Shown here: piece after piece, positions 49,871 through 61,100 of the stretch
Layout of the letters: every line of letters begins with the position of its first letter
How positions within the stretch are numbered: the stretch's first letter is position 1
DNA from: Utricularia gibba
Taxonomy: Eukaryota; Plantae; Magnoliophyta
Assembly (NCBI GenBank): GCA_002189035.1
Contig: NEEC01000007.1
Location: 1,612,001-1,676,000, forward strand
DNA: 64,000 nucleotides
Direction of reading: 5' to 3'
Program-made: the position numbers and the translations under genes
The notes under the pieces: generated by a model
Told to the model about the DNA's origin: nothing
Databases searched by the model: none
What the model saw: the letters and a program-made list of their open reading frames with translations, nothing else

Positions 49871-49943
49871 CACGTGTGTAACGGGCGTCCATATAAAAAC
49901 ACTTCGTGAAATATCTCCACTTCCAGTCTCGAAATGTCACGTC
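49871..49943. promoter_or_regulatory. SIG5 upstream motifs: G-box, evening-element core and ACGT hybrid box
   Basis: CACGTG at 49871-49876, AAATATCT at 49909-49916 and CACGTC at 49938-49943. Confidence 0.45.
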
Positions 49944-50561
49944 AGCAGGCATTCCCTGCTCCACATCTTCCATGGCACCTCTGCTACCGCCGTGGCAGTT
50001 TGTCGACCATCGATCACACGGCAGGATACGTGCAACCGTCCGTAGGTCGAAAAAAGGCTTGTGGATGGCAAAATTCGGGAGTCCGGGGGTGGCATTTTTC
50101 AAGGCAATATTGTTTCATTTGTTGTTGTGAATCAAGAAGTGATTCGTCTCTGGATTCTTGTCGGAATCTGGCGCCGGTGCTCGGAAATTTTTTCTTTGAA
50201 ATCAACACCTCAGGAGGTGTAGTAAGGTGCTTGATAGCCGTTTGATCGTTCATCGTCTCTTGAATTAAAATTAGTTTTACGCTCCAGCGAAGTGTTGCTC
50301 CGGAATGATTAATCCATAATTGTTCCAGGTTCTTGATTCTAGGCGATTGGATCTTTTGTTATCACCGGTTATTGAAACTGATGACTGTTTTATGCGGTGT
50401 TTCTTTTTCTTGTGATCAGTGTTCTAAATTACGAATTTTCCAGTTGTTGCGCTGTGGTTGTTCACTCCTGAAAATCATTTGATTGTGTAGGAGGAAGAGT
50501 AGCAAGGGCCCTGGATTTTGCTTTCTCGAACGCGAAGCTGTAGTGTGATTCCGATTTTGGC

Positions 50562-52718
50562 ATGGGAGTCGTAACGATTTCTAGTTCTGCTGCTCGATCA
50601 CCATTTGGGCTGTCCACTGGTTGTTCAACTCGCGTTTCACCTTCGTGCAGAAGGCCACTTACAGTAGTGTCGTTCAAGGCATACAAAAGGAAAAATGCAT
50701 CTATAACTGGACCACCAGAGTCTGCAGCTTTATCTTCGGATGTCAAAATGGAAGATGGAGACAAGTTGCGGAAGTCTAAGAAGAGGCCAGAACGAGTAAA
50801 TGCTGTCTCAATTGGAGAAGCCTCTCCAAGTACACTGGAGTTGGATTACGATGAAGCTGCCGCTACACTTGAAAAGATATTTGAAAAAAGTCCTGCGGTA
50901 GTGGTTTTACAAGAGGAAATAAGTACTGCAACTACTAAGAGAAAAAGGCAACGAAGAAAGACAGCTAATGGTGCTGATGAGAAAGAGAAGAAAAATCCTC
51001 AATCTGCTACTGGAAAGTTGCTTAAGAAGGGGAAGAGGTTGAATCTGAATGAAAGAGTTGCTCTTCGACTATCGTCTACGCTAGTCAAGAGTAAAGAACT
51101 CATGAAAAATAATGAAGATGAGAAGATCGACAGATTATTACGGGAGTTTACAGCTTCAAATGACTTTGCCAGTTTGGACTGGAAGAAAATGAAGATCCCT
51201 CCTGTTCTTCCTTCCTCTGAGCAAATTTGGTTGTTTAAATTGATGCAACCGATGAAGGTGAGACCAAACTACTCGCTGTGAAGAATAATGTTTCTACTCT
51301 GCATAAAAGTTTACATTGTTAATGGCCTTGTCATTATTCAGGGGACTTTAAAATTTAAGGAGACTTTGGAAGGAGATTTAGGAAGAGAACCTTCTGATTA
51401 TGAGCTAGCTGATGCAATGAACATGACGTCTGTTCAGATTAGAAGGCAGTTGGAAGTTGGTAAAGCGGCGCGAAACAAGTTGATCAGGGTAATAATCATT
51501 TTCAAATTCAACACCTCTCACTTGAATGATGTGTATGCAGAATGTTTGTTAAATCCACATGATTTGTGTTACAGCACAATCTCCGGCTTGTTCTGTTTGT
51601 GATGAACAAGTATTTCCAAGACTTTTCGGCTGGACCGAAATTTCAAGACCTTTGTCAGGCTGGCGTCAAGGGTCTTATTACTGCTATTGACCGATTTGAG
51701 CCAAAGAGGAAGTTGAGGCTCTCAACATATGGCCTCTTTTGGATTAGGCATGCTATTGTTCGTTCCATGACACTCTCTAGTTTCACTAAGGTCTCCTTCG
51801 GACTTGAATCGGTACGAACAAAACCTTTTGCTAAGATGTATAGAATTCCTCTTCTGTGCAGACTTAGTTTGATGTGATTTGATGCAGCTGAGAGTAGAAA
51901 TCCAAAAGGCCAAGATAGAGTTGTTAGTTGAGATGCAGAGATCACCAACAGACACAGAGGTCATGGACCGCGTTGGAATTTCTCCAGAGAGATACTACGA
52001 AGTGATGAGGGCAACAAGATCTGTCTCTTCTCTCAATGCAAGACACGATGTCACCAATGAGGAGTACATCAGTGCAATCTCAGATGCTGATGACGCTGAA
52101 AGTGACCGACGACGAGAACTTGCACTTCTCAGGCTCGCCATCGACGATGTGGTAAATAATTCTCCTCCATCACTATCACTGGTATTAAACCGCAAAAGTG
52201 ATTCTAAGCATGCTGAAAAAATAGAACTCTATTCCAACCTTTTATTCTACTGGCATAGCAAAACTTCTAAACCAGTCGTTAGCACTACTTGCTCCTTGAT
52301 GATCATGATCGTGCTTTTGTTACATATGCTCTGCATATCCTCTTTCTCTGGCTACTTTGACACAACCTTGGAATCTATCTATCTGAAACGGGAATGAAGT
52401 CTCCTAATATTCCACATGATAAAACCAATCTGATTCTATACCTTTGTACCTATTGTCTGATCTCTTTTGCTGCACTTGCATCATCAAGCAGCCAATGAAA
52501 CTGCTTTTTTTTCTCAGCTTGATTCACTGAAGCCAAAGGAGAGCTTGGTAATCAGACAACGATACGGCCTGGATGGCAGAGGGGACAGGACTCTCGGCGA
52601 AGTTGCAGGGAACTTGAACATTTCCAGGGAGATGGTCCGCAAGCACGAAGTGAAAGCCCTGATGAAGCTCAGGCATCCTGCTCGTGTTGACTACCTCCGC
52701 CGTTACATCTTCAAATGA
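50562..52718 (+). CDS. SIG5: Plastid RNA polymerase sigma factor E / SIG5
   Basis: [18 protein letters not shown]; [26 protein letters not shown]; region 2 [45 protein letters not shown]; region 4 [21 protein letters not shown]; ends LRRYIFK. Confidence 0.95.
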
Positions 52719-53806
52719 ACTTATCCCATATAACATGTATACGTTACACACCTGTAAGTAGGTGCAATATACGAGGAGAACACGCACCCTTTGTTCTTGC
52801 ACTCTATTTCCCACATCCTCAATGCAGGTCAGCTTTGAACCCAGTGCATCCCAAGCCCTCCTGCAAGAGTTGCGCAGCTCGACGACAAGGGCGTCACTCG
52901 AAGTGCCCGTAGAATACCAAAGAAACCCCTTAATAAAATCAGGAGATTGGTATAAGTGGAAAGAGCCAAGAATCAGAATACATGAAGCGGGTCTCTTGCT
53001 TACTGCCTCTTTGTTTCTTGCGGATTGGAATAGGTTTTATTCGTTAAAAAGTGTTTTAAAAATATTTTTTTATTAATTATAAGTGATTTTTATTCAAAAT
53101 AACAATAATAATAATTTAGAAATACTTTTTTTAAAAAAATTGTGAAAATTTAATTTTTATTTTATTAGAAACATTTTTTGGAAAGTAAAACCAAACAAAT
53201 TCAACATTATTTTAGAGATTTTTTATTTTGTTTTCATCTTGAGGATGAATGCTGCTTGAGAAACATTTTCCATAGCTATAATATGTATAAAATAAAACAA
53301 AATACAAAAATGATCTTAACTTACGTTTTAAAAAAACATAAAGAAGGTTATTATGAATTTATGTAGCATAAATATATTTCATTAATAATTTTATTTAAGA
53401 AAATGGGGAAATTTTGAAGATGAAAGGGGAATAATAAAATTATTCATATATTCCAAATTGACGCCCCTAATAAAAACCCATGCAGGAGATGATGTTCCTT
53501 TGGGATGGATGGTTCTGTGTTGCTCGTCTCAGTCCCTGAAATAACTCACTGCATTTTCACGACCACAGAAACAAAATATGAAACGATGCTCTCAGGGAAT
53601 AACAAAGATGCTAAATGCATTCTCAAACACACCAACGATGACAGGGATAGTTTTGATATGCCTCCTGAATCAACTCTCACTTCAACTGCATTATATAATG
53701 AGTGCCCCCTCACAGTCTGATTTCCACACAGAGAAAACTAGAGCATTCGTCCATCTCCTTCACGCCAGCCACCTTGTTCCGTAGGCTTAACCATCTCTGT
53801 CAGCAG

Positions 53807-54951
53807 ATGGAAGAGAAGCTTCGCCTGGCGGTGGGAGTCATGGGTAGATAGATTTCTTAATGTTTCTTGTAACCCTTTTTTGGAGGATGAAAAGAACCTG
53901 AAGCCTTTTTGTCTTTGCTTTTTTGTAGGAAATGCTGCCTCTATGCTCTTGTACACAGCACCAATGTAAGCACCTTTTTTTTTCCTTTGCCTCGATCCAT
54001 TGGACTTCGAAATTCCTCATGTCTATGATCTGCTTGCAGACTGACATTTTGGAGGATGATTCGAAAGAAGAACGTGGAAGGGTTCTCTTGTGTACCCTAT
54101 TGTGTCGCCTTGTTTAACTGCTGTCTCTACACTTGGTACGGACTGCCTGTTGTTAGCTGCAACTGGGAAAATTTCCCTGTTGTCACAATCAATGGACTTG
54201 GGATTCTTTTGGAGCTCTCCTTCATTGTCATCTTCTTCCGTTATGCTCCACCTGATGGCAAGGCAAGATGAAGAAATCCTCTTCTTTTCTTCTTGTGATA
54301 AGAAACATGATGTTAACCTTCTTTCTGCGTTTCATATACAGAAAAAGGTGGCCATCTTGGTGGTGCCTGTAATCCTCTTCTCCAGCCTCATCGCGCTTCT
54401 ATCTGCTTTTGCTTTTCACGATCACCACCACAGAAAGGCGTTGGTCGGGAGCGTTGGACTGGTTGCATCGATTGCCATGTACGGCTCCCCACTTGTGGCT
54501 GTGGTGAGTTGCATCTATTGCCATGTACTGATGCTATTCTCTTTACATCTGATAACACTCTGGTGTCGCTGAACTTCGCAGAAGCAAGTTATCAAGACCA
54601 AGAGTGTGGAGTTCATGCCTTTCTACCTCTCATTCTTCTCCTTCCTCGCGAGCTCTCTTTGGATGGCGTATGGCCTGTTAAGCCATGATCTTATTCTTGC
54701 TGTATGTACTTATAGCAATCGACTTGGTTAAGCTTTTTCATAATCCCACACCCACTTACGTAGGGACATCTGTGCAGGCTCCTAATCTTGTGGGCAGTCC
54801 ACTGGGGATTGTGCAGCTGGTGGTTTACTGCATGTACAAATGGAGACAAGAAGATGACATTGAAAAGTGGGGTATTGAGAAGAATGCGTACCAGAAAGAA
54901 GCAAAGAAGATGGAGACGGTTGTCGATTCAGCGACTCCTGCAAAGAACTAA
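53807..54951 (+). CDS. SWEET3: Clade I SWEET sugar transporter, 6 exons, intron 3 is GC-AG
   Basis: [13 protein letters not shown]|[12 protein letters not shown]|[59 protein letters not shown] and PNLVGSPLG. Confidence 0.92.
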
Positions 54952-55195
54952 CTGCTGGTTTCGATCAATGCAACTCAGGCGCTAAAAGGATGTTTCTGCA
55001 ATCAGAACAAATGTATCAGTTGTGTTGTGTGGTAATGTAGCAGTGCGACTGAGACAAGTACTTCAGTAATAAATGAATCGAAATTGAGAGATACATTATT
55101 TTTCAATTTCAATTTCTGTACAGAAACACAATTCTGAACTTTGTGTAAACTGGTGGACCTCAACAACACGTCTTGGAGCTGCTGGAGTAGTTGCT

Positions 55196-57772
55196 TCACC
55201 AGTAATCGTTGCAGGAACAGAAACCACCTTTGAAATGATGAAACCTGTTTGAGTCTCGAACCACAATCTCTCTTCCAGAGGCTATTGATGCGTATTTCAT
55301 CAGATTATGGCAATCTCCACAAATTCTCAAGTTGTTGAATATCCTTATCACCTTCTTGTTTGAGGTCCTAAGCAGGCCATATGCTAAAGCAATCTTCTCA
55401 CTGTGATGGAACACATACTTCTCCTTCATTTCCTCCTCAACTTCGTGCAACACGTAGCTCGTCTCAGGTTGATATCCGATTTTTCGGATGTCGATCGCAA
55501 GTCTATCTAGTTCCTCATAGATTGCCACAGCCTCAAGGTGGTTAGCATCCCCCACGTAGAACTTATGCACTCTGTTCCCTACTTCTATCCAGCTTGATCC
55601 AGCTTCCTTCACTAAATTTCTAGTTTTCATAGTTTTCCTTACAGCTGCCGTCTTCTGCCAGTGGCCCTTCGAAGCATACAGATTGGATAGCAAGACATGA
55701 GTGGCTGGATCATTCGGTTCTTTCTTGAGGACCATATCTGCGGCGAGCTCGCCAAGTTCGACGTTTCCATGAACGAGGCAGGCACCAAGCAACGTCCGCC
55801 AGACAAGTGCATCAGGTTGACATGGCATTGAATTGATAAATGAAATGGCGTTCTCTAGAAGACCTGATCTTCCAAGCACATCAACCATGCAAGCATAGTG
55901 TTCCATTCTTAGTCTAAGCCGGCGATTGTTGGAGATGGACTGAAAATGCCTCCATGCCTCATCAACGAGGCCAGCATGACTACAAGCCGAGAGAACTGCG
56001 ATGTAAGTGACTTCATTGGGTTCTATGCCAAGCTCCAACATCTTTTTGAACAATCCTAGAGCTGTTTCTGCTTCTCCATGTTTAGCAAAACCTGTTATGA
56101 TAGAGGTCCAAGAGACAACATTTGGATCTTTCATCTCGTTAAAGATCTCGAATCCAGAATGTATGTCACCGCACCTTGTGTACATAGATATCAAAGCATT
56201 GGAGACAGCGACGTTAGATTGAAGCCCAGCTTTAATCACACGACCATGTAGTTGCTCCCCTTTTCCTACTGCTCCAATACTTGCAGCTCCACTCAACAGA
56301 CTTGCAAATGTGAAGGCATCTGTGCGGAAACCAGAGGTTTCAACTTGATTGAAGAGTTCAAAAGCCTCATGGGAATTCGAAGTTTGACTGTAACCATCAA
56401 TCAAGGCATTGTAAGAGACTAGGTTCCTCTCAAATAAGAACTCGAAGGCTTCTCGAGCATCGGCCATCCGGTCGTTTCTTGTGTGCATGCTTATCAGAGA
56501 ATTGCCAACACAATTGACCGATGCAAGACCAAGTTTCACTGCATGTGCATATACAGTTTCACCTAATCTTGGATTAAAAAGATCACCACATGCTTTCAAA
56601 AGAGCTGCAAATGTGAAATGGTTGGGTTCAACTTCACCCTCTGTTGTCATCCTACTATACAATCCAATGGCTTCATCTGCAAGTTCGTTTTGCACATATC
56701 CGGTGATGATTGCAGTCCATGACATAACATTATGCTCCGACATTCGATCAAATACCTTCCTAGATTCATCCATACATCCATTGATAGATGACTTCACATA
56801 CATATCTACTAAACAACAACCTACACAGACATCCCATAACATTCCATTTTTTATGACCAAACCATGCATCTGGCGACCAAGCGACAAATTTCCGAGCTCC
56901 GCGCAGGCTGATAAGCAACTACTGAAGGTATACTGATCTGGCTGAAAACTAGAACTCACCATGTCAATGAACAACCCAATCGCATCAGTTGGACAACCCA
57001 TCTGCGAAAACCTGGTAATCATCAGGGTCCAAGAAACAGAATTCTTCTCAGGCATTTTCTCAAACACCTTCTTCGCCGACTCAAAATCATCATAACTCTT
57101 CAGAAAGAATTCAATCAAAGCACACCCTACGCAGACATCGGAACCAAAGTATCCAGTTTTAAGCAAAAACCCGAAAACACTTAAACCCGCTGTTGCGTGA
57201 AGACGATCGGAACAAGCACGGAGTACGGCAGAGAAGCAGTATTCATTCGGCGTCTCCCCAAAGTTGAGCATTTGAATGAACGTAGAAATTGCTTCCTGAT
57301 TCAGTCCATTAAGAGAGTAACACGATATCATCGCGCTCCACGAAACCAAATCACTCAATTCACCCATGGAACTGAAAATCTGCTCCGCTTTTCTCCAATT
57401 CCCACTCTTGGCATACAACGTGATGAGCGAATTGAGGACAATGGTATCAAGCTCTATTCCGGATTCGATGAGCTCGGAGTGAATCTCTCGACCCAATCTG
57501 AAGTTTCGCGTGCGAATGCAGGATTTGAGAAGCACAGCGTAGGCAGTGAGATCAGGTTTAAGATTTGTTCGCTGCATCGAATCCATGGTGGCTTTCGCTT
57601 CCTCATCGCGACCGCCATGTGCGTCGTAAATCAGATGACCCTTCACAGACTCAAAAGTTGTATTTTCCACGTTGGATGCCGCCGCGGAGTGACTTTTCCG
57701 GCGATGAGGACCGTTGATTTTGATTGTAGCATAGGCGGGAGAGGAGGGCGGGAGGCTTATCGCCAAAGCCAT
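55196..57772 (-). CDS. EMB2261: Intronless DYW-subclass PPR editing factor, likely ortholog of At3g49170
   Basis: LLKSCIRTRNFRLG..LGFLLKTGYFGSDVCVGC resembles At3g49170 as I recall it. Intact DYW domain with HSEKIA, LRICGDCH and terminal NDYW. ATG at 57772. Confidence 0.85.
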   Translation of the reverse strand: MALAISLPPSSPAYATIKINGPHRRKSHSAAASNVENTTFESVKGHLIYDAHGGRDEEAKATMDSMQRTNLKPDLTAYAVLLKSCIRTRNFRLGREIHSELIESGIELDTIVLNSLITLYAKSGNWRKAEQIFSSMGELSDLVSWSAMISCYSLNGLNQEAISTFIQMLNFGETPNEYCFSAVLRACSDRLHATAGLSVFGFLLKTGYFGSDVCVGCALIEFFLKSYDDFESAKKVFEKMPEKNSVSWTLMITRFSQMGCPTDAIGLFIDMVSSSFQPDQYTFSSCLSACAELGNLSLGRQMHGLVIKNGMLWDVCVGCCLVDMYVKSSINGCMDESRKVFDRMSEHNVMSWTAIITGYVQNELADEAIGLYSRMTTEGEVEPNHFTFAALLKACGDLFNPRLGETVYAHAVKLGLASVNCVGNSLISMHTRNDRMADAREAFEFLFERNLVSYNALIDGYSQTSNSHEAFELFNQVETSGFRTDAFTFASLLSGAASIGAVGKGEQLHGRVIKAGLQSNVAVSNALISMYTRCGDIHSGFEIFNEMKDPNVVSWTSIITGFAKHGEAETALGLFKKMLELGIEPNEVTYIAVLSACSHAGLVDEAWRHFQSISNNRRLRLRMEHYACMVDVLGRSGLLENAISFINSMPCQPDALVWRTLLGACLVHGNVELGELAADMVLKKEPNDPATHVLLSNLYASKGHWQKTAAVRKTMKTRNLVKEAGSSWIEVGNRVHKFYVGDANHLEAVAIYEELDRLAIDIRKIGYQPETSYVLHEVEEEMKEKYVFHHSEKIALAYGLLRTSNKKVIRIFNNLRICGDCHNLMKYASIASGREIVVRDSNRFHHFKGGFCSCNDYW

Positions 57773-58235
57773 CTCACTAGGACATTCCCAAACCACATGC
57801 CGAAGACGGAAATGAAATGCAGCAGTAAATGAGAATTTCACATTATAAAAATTCGAATTATTTAATTATTTAATATGAAATAAAAATCTCCCTCTTTTTT
57901 TAGTAATTCCCACGCGTAACAAAATCAAGCTACAAAACTCTTCATTTGGATGATGTTCTACGAAGAAGAAATGATACCATTTAATATAATTTTTCAAAAA
58001 AATAAAAATATTTCTACATTTTGAATTTTTTGTAATAAAAAATCATATTTAACAGTAAAATTACTACAAAAACAGAAGAAATCTTCCAAACATAACAATG
58101 TCAGTAGTGTTTTTACAACCGTTAAACCGGTTACCGGATCAATGTACAAATGGGTAGCTTAGCCGGTCGACCGGACTATTTTCTTACACCAAAAGATCCC
58201 TGCCCTTGATCTGAGCTGAGCACCAGTTACTACAT

Positions 58236-60649
58236 TCATGGCCTTCTTCCAAAGAAAGAAAGAAGCGAGAGTTGAGAATCACTACTGCTTCTGCTTTTCT
58301 TTCTGGTTGGACCACTCTGTTGTTCCTCCTCAAATGCCTTATCATGACCAGAGATCTCCAAGTTTCCTGGAGGAAAACTATCACCTTTGTCAAGGAATTG
58401 AGCATGCTCTTCCAGGCTTTCAGCTTCCAGTTTCACTTCTTTTCCATCATCTTTAAATCGAGTCATCAGCATATTCTTCACATTCTTCAGCTCTACGGCT
58501 TCACCAGCCTCCTCCTTTAGTGGAGAGTCATCATGTTTTGGATTATGCACTTCTTTCTTTGTGAAGAACTGAGAGATTGACTTGGGGTGTTCTAGTTTTA
58601 CCTGTATACGCTGAAAAAAATGAGTGATTTCAGAACGGCATTACATAGCTTTAATGTGTTAAGAAAATACCTCTCTGATGCAATCAGGCCCATCGAAAGA
58701 AAGTTTGCCTATTGCAGGTGTCACTGGGTACCATACCTGCAGAGAAAGGTTTGATGTTCTCCTTGCTATCCTTGTGAATTATTATGCTAGAGGAGATCAC
58801 CGGTTTTACCAAATCCTTTCCTTCATATGGCCTGAGAAGTTTGCTGAGATCAGGTGAAGAAGTATCATCCAGCCAGGATTCAGTTGATTCTTGATCCCCC
58901 AAGATGACAGGCATCCTGTCTATTAAAACATAGAAAGAAATTACAGCCATTGTCAATATAACAATCAACTTCAACGTAAAAAATGGGGATTCAATGCAAT
59001 GGATACATTGCAGGAACGATGTAAAAAGGAGTGCAAACCGTGCAGCCATTCCAGAGATGTGGATGCAGATGTTGTGATGATGGTGAAGGTGTACAGAACA
59101 TTCCCTGCTCAAAGAATGGTAAGTCACTTGAGCACACCGGATATGTGATCATGAATGTGATCAACAGTGGTGCCAATCAGAAAATTTGGTTCACCGTCTG
59201 AGTTTTTCCACGAGTCAAACAATGCAGCAAAAACCAGCGGACGCCCATCCTTGAAGTGTATATAGTACGGCTGTTTCTTTGATCCATCCTTTTTCCACTC
59301 ATAAAACCTAGACAATGATCCATTGAAGGGAGAAATAGATGAGGAAGAGCATCTGTATGCACAAGCAAAAAATGCAGAGGCTCCTTGAAAAGGAGATGAG
59401 TTCACTCAAAATATAAATTCTAAAGACGCAGCAGTTTTTGTGCTTGTTCCAAGCACAGGGTCAAAGATAAAAGAATTTTCAAGGATATAAGCAGAGAAGA
59501 TCATTGCACAGTACCATCTACTAGATTACGATATGGATGACAAGGTGGATCCAAAGAGAACCTGCCTGACATACACATCGGCTATCGAGTCCTAAGGCAA
59601 CCATAATCTCTAGCATTCTTCAGGTGATTGATATGTTTAATTCACAAGAGCAATAAATACACAGATAGAAGCAAGAATTGCAACGCATACCCTTCAGCAA
59701 AGACTAAACACCTATTCTTGGGAACCAGCCTACAAAAAGAGGGCTTCTCTTTGATGGACTCTGCTCGAGCATTGAACTGGGAAATTCGAAAAATGATCAT
59801 TAAAAATGAAACTTATTCATCCGCGAACTCAATATGTTTACCATCTTGAAATGATCAATCTTCTCATTTTTCTTGGTGAAGCTTGGAATGAGTCCCCATT
59901 TCATGCAGTGCAACACAATACCATTGCCATCACCTTCACTGTCTCGGTAAATCACTGGCACGTTGAACCCTGGTGCCATATTGTATGATGGCTGATACCT
60001 GATAAACGACACTTAATGCAAAAACTCAAGCTTTAAAGAAATACATTTATTATTTTCGTAAGACGCGACTACACCACTATGCCATATTGTCCTTTAAAAA
60101 AATTTAGCCCAAGAATATCCAGACAAAGGCACACCACTGCACCTCACCAGTCCAATAATGTATTGCAACTTCACAAAATTACGCTTAGAACAATGACGGA
60201 TAAATGCACTGGTGGATAAACACGTATCAACAACACTTGCGCAACATGGCATGAGAGAAGGGTCTAAGCTAATTATTAGTTCACGTATGACCCAAGTTCC
60301 AAACAAAAAGCATACGTTCCTCAATTTGTGAATTGTATAAACCGACTCTTGCAACCAGTGTCACAAAATTTCTTCTTTTCCTTATTGCATAAACTCATTC
60401 AGATTTGAATGCCAAAATTTTCTTTTTCATTGACCATTTTTACCAAAAAAACGCATACAATCTCGCTTATCGATATCCCATACAAACCAGACAAAAAGTA
60501 CAGGTCCTAGTAATAAATGGAAGTTTGATTTGAAAGAGAATGAAACACAACCTGTCCATGTTGACGTGGCGAAGAGGGCGAGAGTTGCGGAGACGGGAGG
60601 CGCGAACGAAATCGTCCGCCCTCATAGTGCACCGTGCTCTTCCACACAT
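58236..60649 (-). CDS. HMCES: SRAP-domain abasic-site processing protein (HMCES/YedK family), multi-exon
   Basis: N-terminal MCGR with catalytic Cys2, PSYNMAPG, MKWGLIPSF, FNARAESIKEKPSF..RCLV, GFYEWKK..KQPYYI, WLH|DRMPVIL and WYPVTPAIG. Confidence 0.92.
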
Positions 60650-61100
60650 TCCTTGTTTTTCTCCCTTTTGCAAACCACTTGAACACCTATCAAATACAAA
60701 CCAAGTCGGTCAATCACTCAAAAAGGGTATCTTTGTTCGCTCCCCGTCCCGCCCCAGAGGGAGAAGCAGAGGTCTCCGTCGTTTTCTGCAGAACGAAAAG
60801 ACGGACTGGCTGTTTATGCATGCCGTGGCATCTTATGAGCAGGGCATAAAGAGCCCCCACCGCCATGGATTCCAGGAAATTCATAAACATGCATATCATC
60901 TTCATTCTTTTAAATTTCAATATAATGATAACGTATTAGCTGAGTTTTGAGATTAAATATGTAATAATAATACAACTCAAACTTCATCAGAAACTCGGTT
61001 TGGAAGAATGCAGACCCAACAGACAGAGCAGGCAAAAGGGGAATCTTCGGCAAAGTATCATCACCGGGCACCGGCAGGGTGACTGGCTCGGCCTCTGCAT

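Noticed and set aside
59481-59489. U12-type donor-like motifs (ATATCCTT here on the minus strand; GTATCCTT near 10283-10290)
   Set aside because: The first lies inside an ordinary GT-AG intron of the SRAP gene. Neither has a matching TCCTTAAC branch site or an exon context.
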